A stretch of DNA of 64,000 nt from Candidatus Obscuribacterales bacterium. Its GTDB lineage: Bacteria; Cyanobacteriota; Vampirovibrionia; Obscuribacterales; Obscuribacteraceae. The stretch spans positions 896,001 through 960,000 of the forward strand of contig CBDDIJ010000002.1 of NCBI GenBank assembly GCA_965228855.1. Direction: 5' to 3'. Of the stretch, positions 62,943 through 64,000 are shown piece after piece. The translations under genes and the position numbers were made by a program. The first letter of the stretch is position 1; each line of letters starts with the position of its first letter. Under the pieces are notes generated by a model, which had not been told where the DNA came from, made no database searches, and was given only the letters and a program-made list of their open reading frames with translations.

Positions 62943-63305
62943 ATGGCGCGTTTCGACCAATTCCGCGGACTCAACGACTGGGCCCGCAAAACCGTTCTCA
63001 AGCGTGACAAGGTGCGTATCGTCGGCGAGATGATCTTCCAGGACGGGAAGCGCAAGCGCTTCTCGCGATGGGCGAAAGTTCCGGCGGCGCGCATCAAGGT
63101 CATCGGAACGATCGCGGGCGTCTGGAAGCCCTACGTCGCCGACCTGCACCGGTACACCATGCCGGACGGTCGCGTGTACGAGGAGTACGTCCAGTGCAGC
63201 CCGTGGTCGAGCGGTCCGGTCTACCACCTCGCGTTGAAAGACGTGAAGACCGGTCGCCCCGTGAGCCAGTCGCTCTGGACGGAGGATGAAATCGCCGACG
63301 CTTAA
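62943..63305 (+). CDS. Hypothetical protein
   Basis: AAGGAG SD, high GC3. Confidence 0.75.
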   Translation: MARFDQFRGLNDWARKTVLKRDKVRIVGEMIFQDGKRKRFSRWAKVPAARIKVIGTIAGVWKPYVADLHRYTMPDGRVYEEYVQCSPWSSGPVYHLALKDVKTGRPVSQSLWTEDEIADA

Positions 63306-63400
63306 GGCGACTAATCCGCATCGGCGCGCAAGCTGCTGATGTAGTCCGGTAGACAGTTTCTCCAGAGGCAGCCCACAAGGCTGCCTCTGTCTTTCCCGAT

Positions 63401-63937
63401 TTTTACTACTATAAATTTTGGTAGGCCTCTAAATCCCGAAATGACTCCTGGAGTGGGCTTTAGGGATTTGGCTTCTCCGGATTGACGCTGCGAACCACCG
63501 GTTTGGCGGCGTAGCATAGACGGATTTGCTGAAATCCGTCATTCCAGGATAGCCATACTTTTGCTACTATAAATGTTGGTAGTCTTCGAAATCCCGAAAT
63601 GACTCCTGGAGTGGGCTTTAGGGATTTGGCTTCTCCGGATTGACGCTGCGAACCATCGGTTTGGCGGCGTAGCATAGACGGATTTGCTGAAATCCGTCAT
63701 TCCAGGATAGCCAAACTGGATGGTTGTCGGCTGTCCAAGAGGTTGTGAATCCTGAGATGCACCACTGGATGAGCGATTGCGGCAGAGTGCTAATACCAAA
63801 TAGTCTAGTAGGCGGTTTCCTCGGTGTTCCAGGATAGCCAGACCGGACTTTGCCGGCTGTCCAAGAGGACGTAAATCCTGGAAAGCACTGCTATGAAAGG
63901 TTTTGCCGAGAGCTGTTGGTACTGTCGAATTTAGTAG
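63401..63937. repeat. Compound dispersed element (158-bp duplication of left arm + core, then duplicated right arm)
   Basis: ctactataaa at 63406 and 63564; core ...gacggatttgctgaaatccgtcattccaggatagcca; tctagtag and tttagtag ending at 63811 and 63937. Confidence 0.88.
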
Positions 63938-63951
63938 CAAAACTTTCAGAA

Positions 63952-63984
63952 GTGAACTGGAAGGAGGGGGACCTTCCAGTTCAC
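63952..63984. terminator. Hairpin, possibly terminating a minus-strand gene beyond the window
   Basis: gtgaactggaagg / ccttccagttcac. Confidence 0.5.
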
Positions 63985-64000
63985 GAAAAACGGGTGTTAC

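Overview
Bacterial chromosomal segment. The cyanobacteria-like RNase P RNA, an MqnC-type radical SAM gene and the absence of photosynthesis genes suggest a non-photosynthetic relative of Cyanobacteria (Vampirovibrionia/Melainabacteria-like); this taxonomy is inference only. Moderate-GC housekeeping and envelope genes (two S41 proteases, L,D-transpeptidase, M23 peptidase, hisS, trmD, rnpB, MocR regulator) alternate with visibly GC3-richer blocks (icd + NIF phosphatase, FtsH-like protease, TerC/exonuclease/NTase-methyltransferase, MoxR-DUF58-VWA operon, a 9-kb SLOG/membrane/LemA-like/Pth block, aconitase-MDH + citrate synthase, S1-like protein). Most notable: (1) a retron-type reverse transcriptase (NAxxH, YVDD, VTG) fused to a C-terminal WYL-like domain, with a very compact structured upstream RNA candidate and no separate effector gene; (2) a dispersed non-coding element at about 7 loci, a 54-bp imperfect palindrome flanked at conserved distances by CTACTATA/TATAGTAG and sitting at operon 3' ends; (3) a 65-nt tRNA-like element ending in CCA; (4) an in-frame aconitase-malate dehydrogenase fusion; (5) a tyrosine recombinase with degenerate catalytic residues, divergent from the MocR regulator. 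No CRISPR array, rRNA or transposase was seen. Family assignments come from motif recognition by eye, not database searches.
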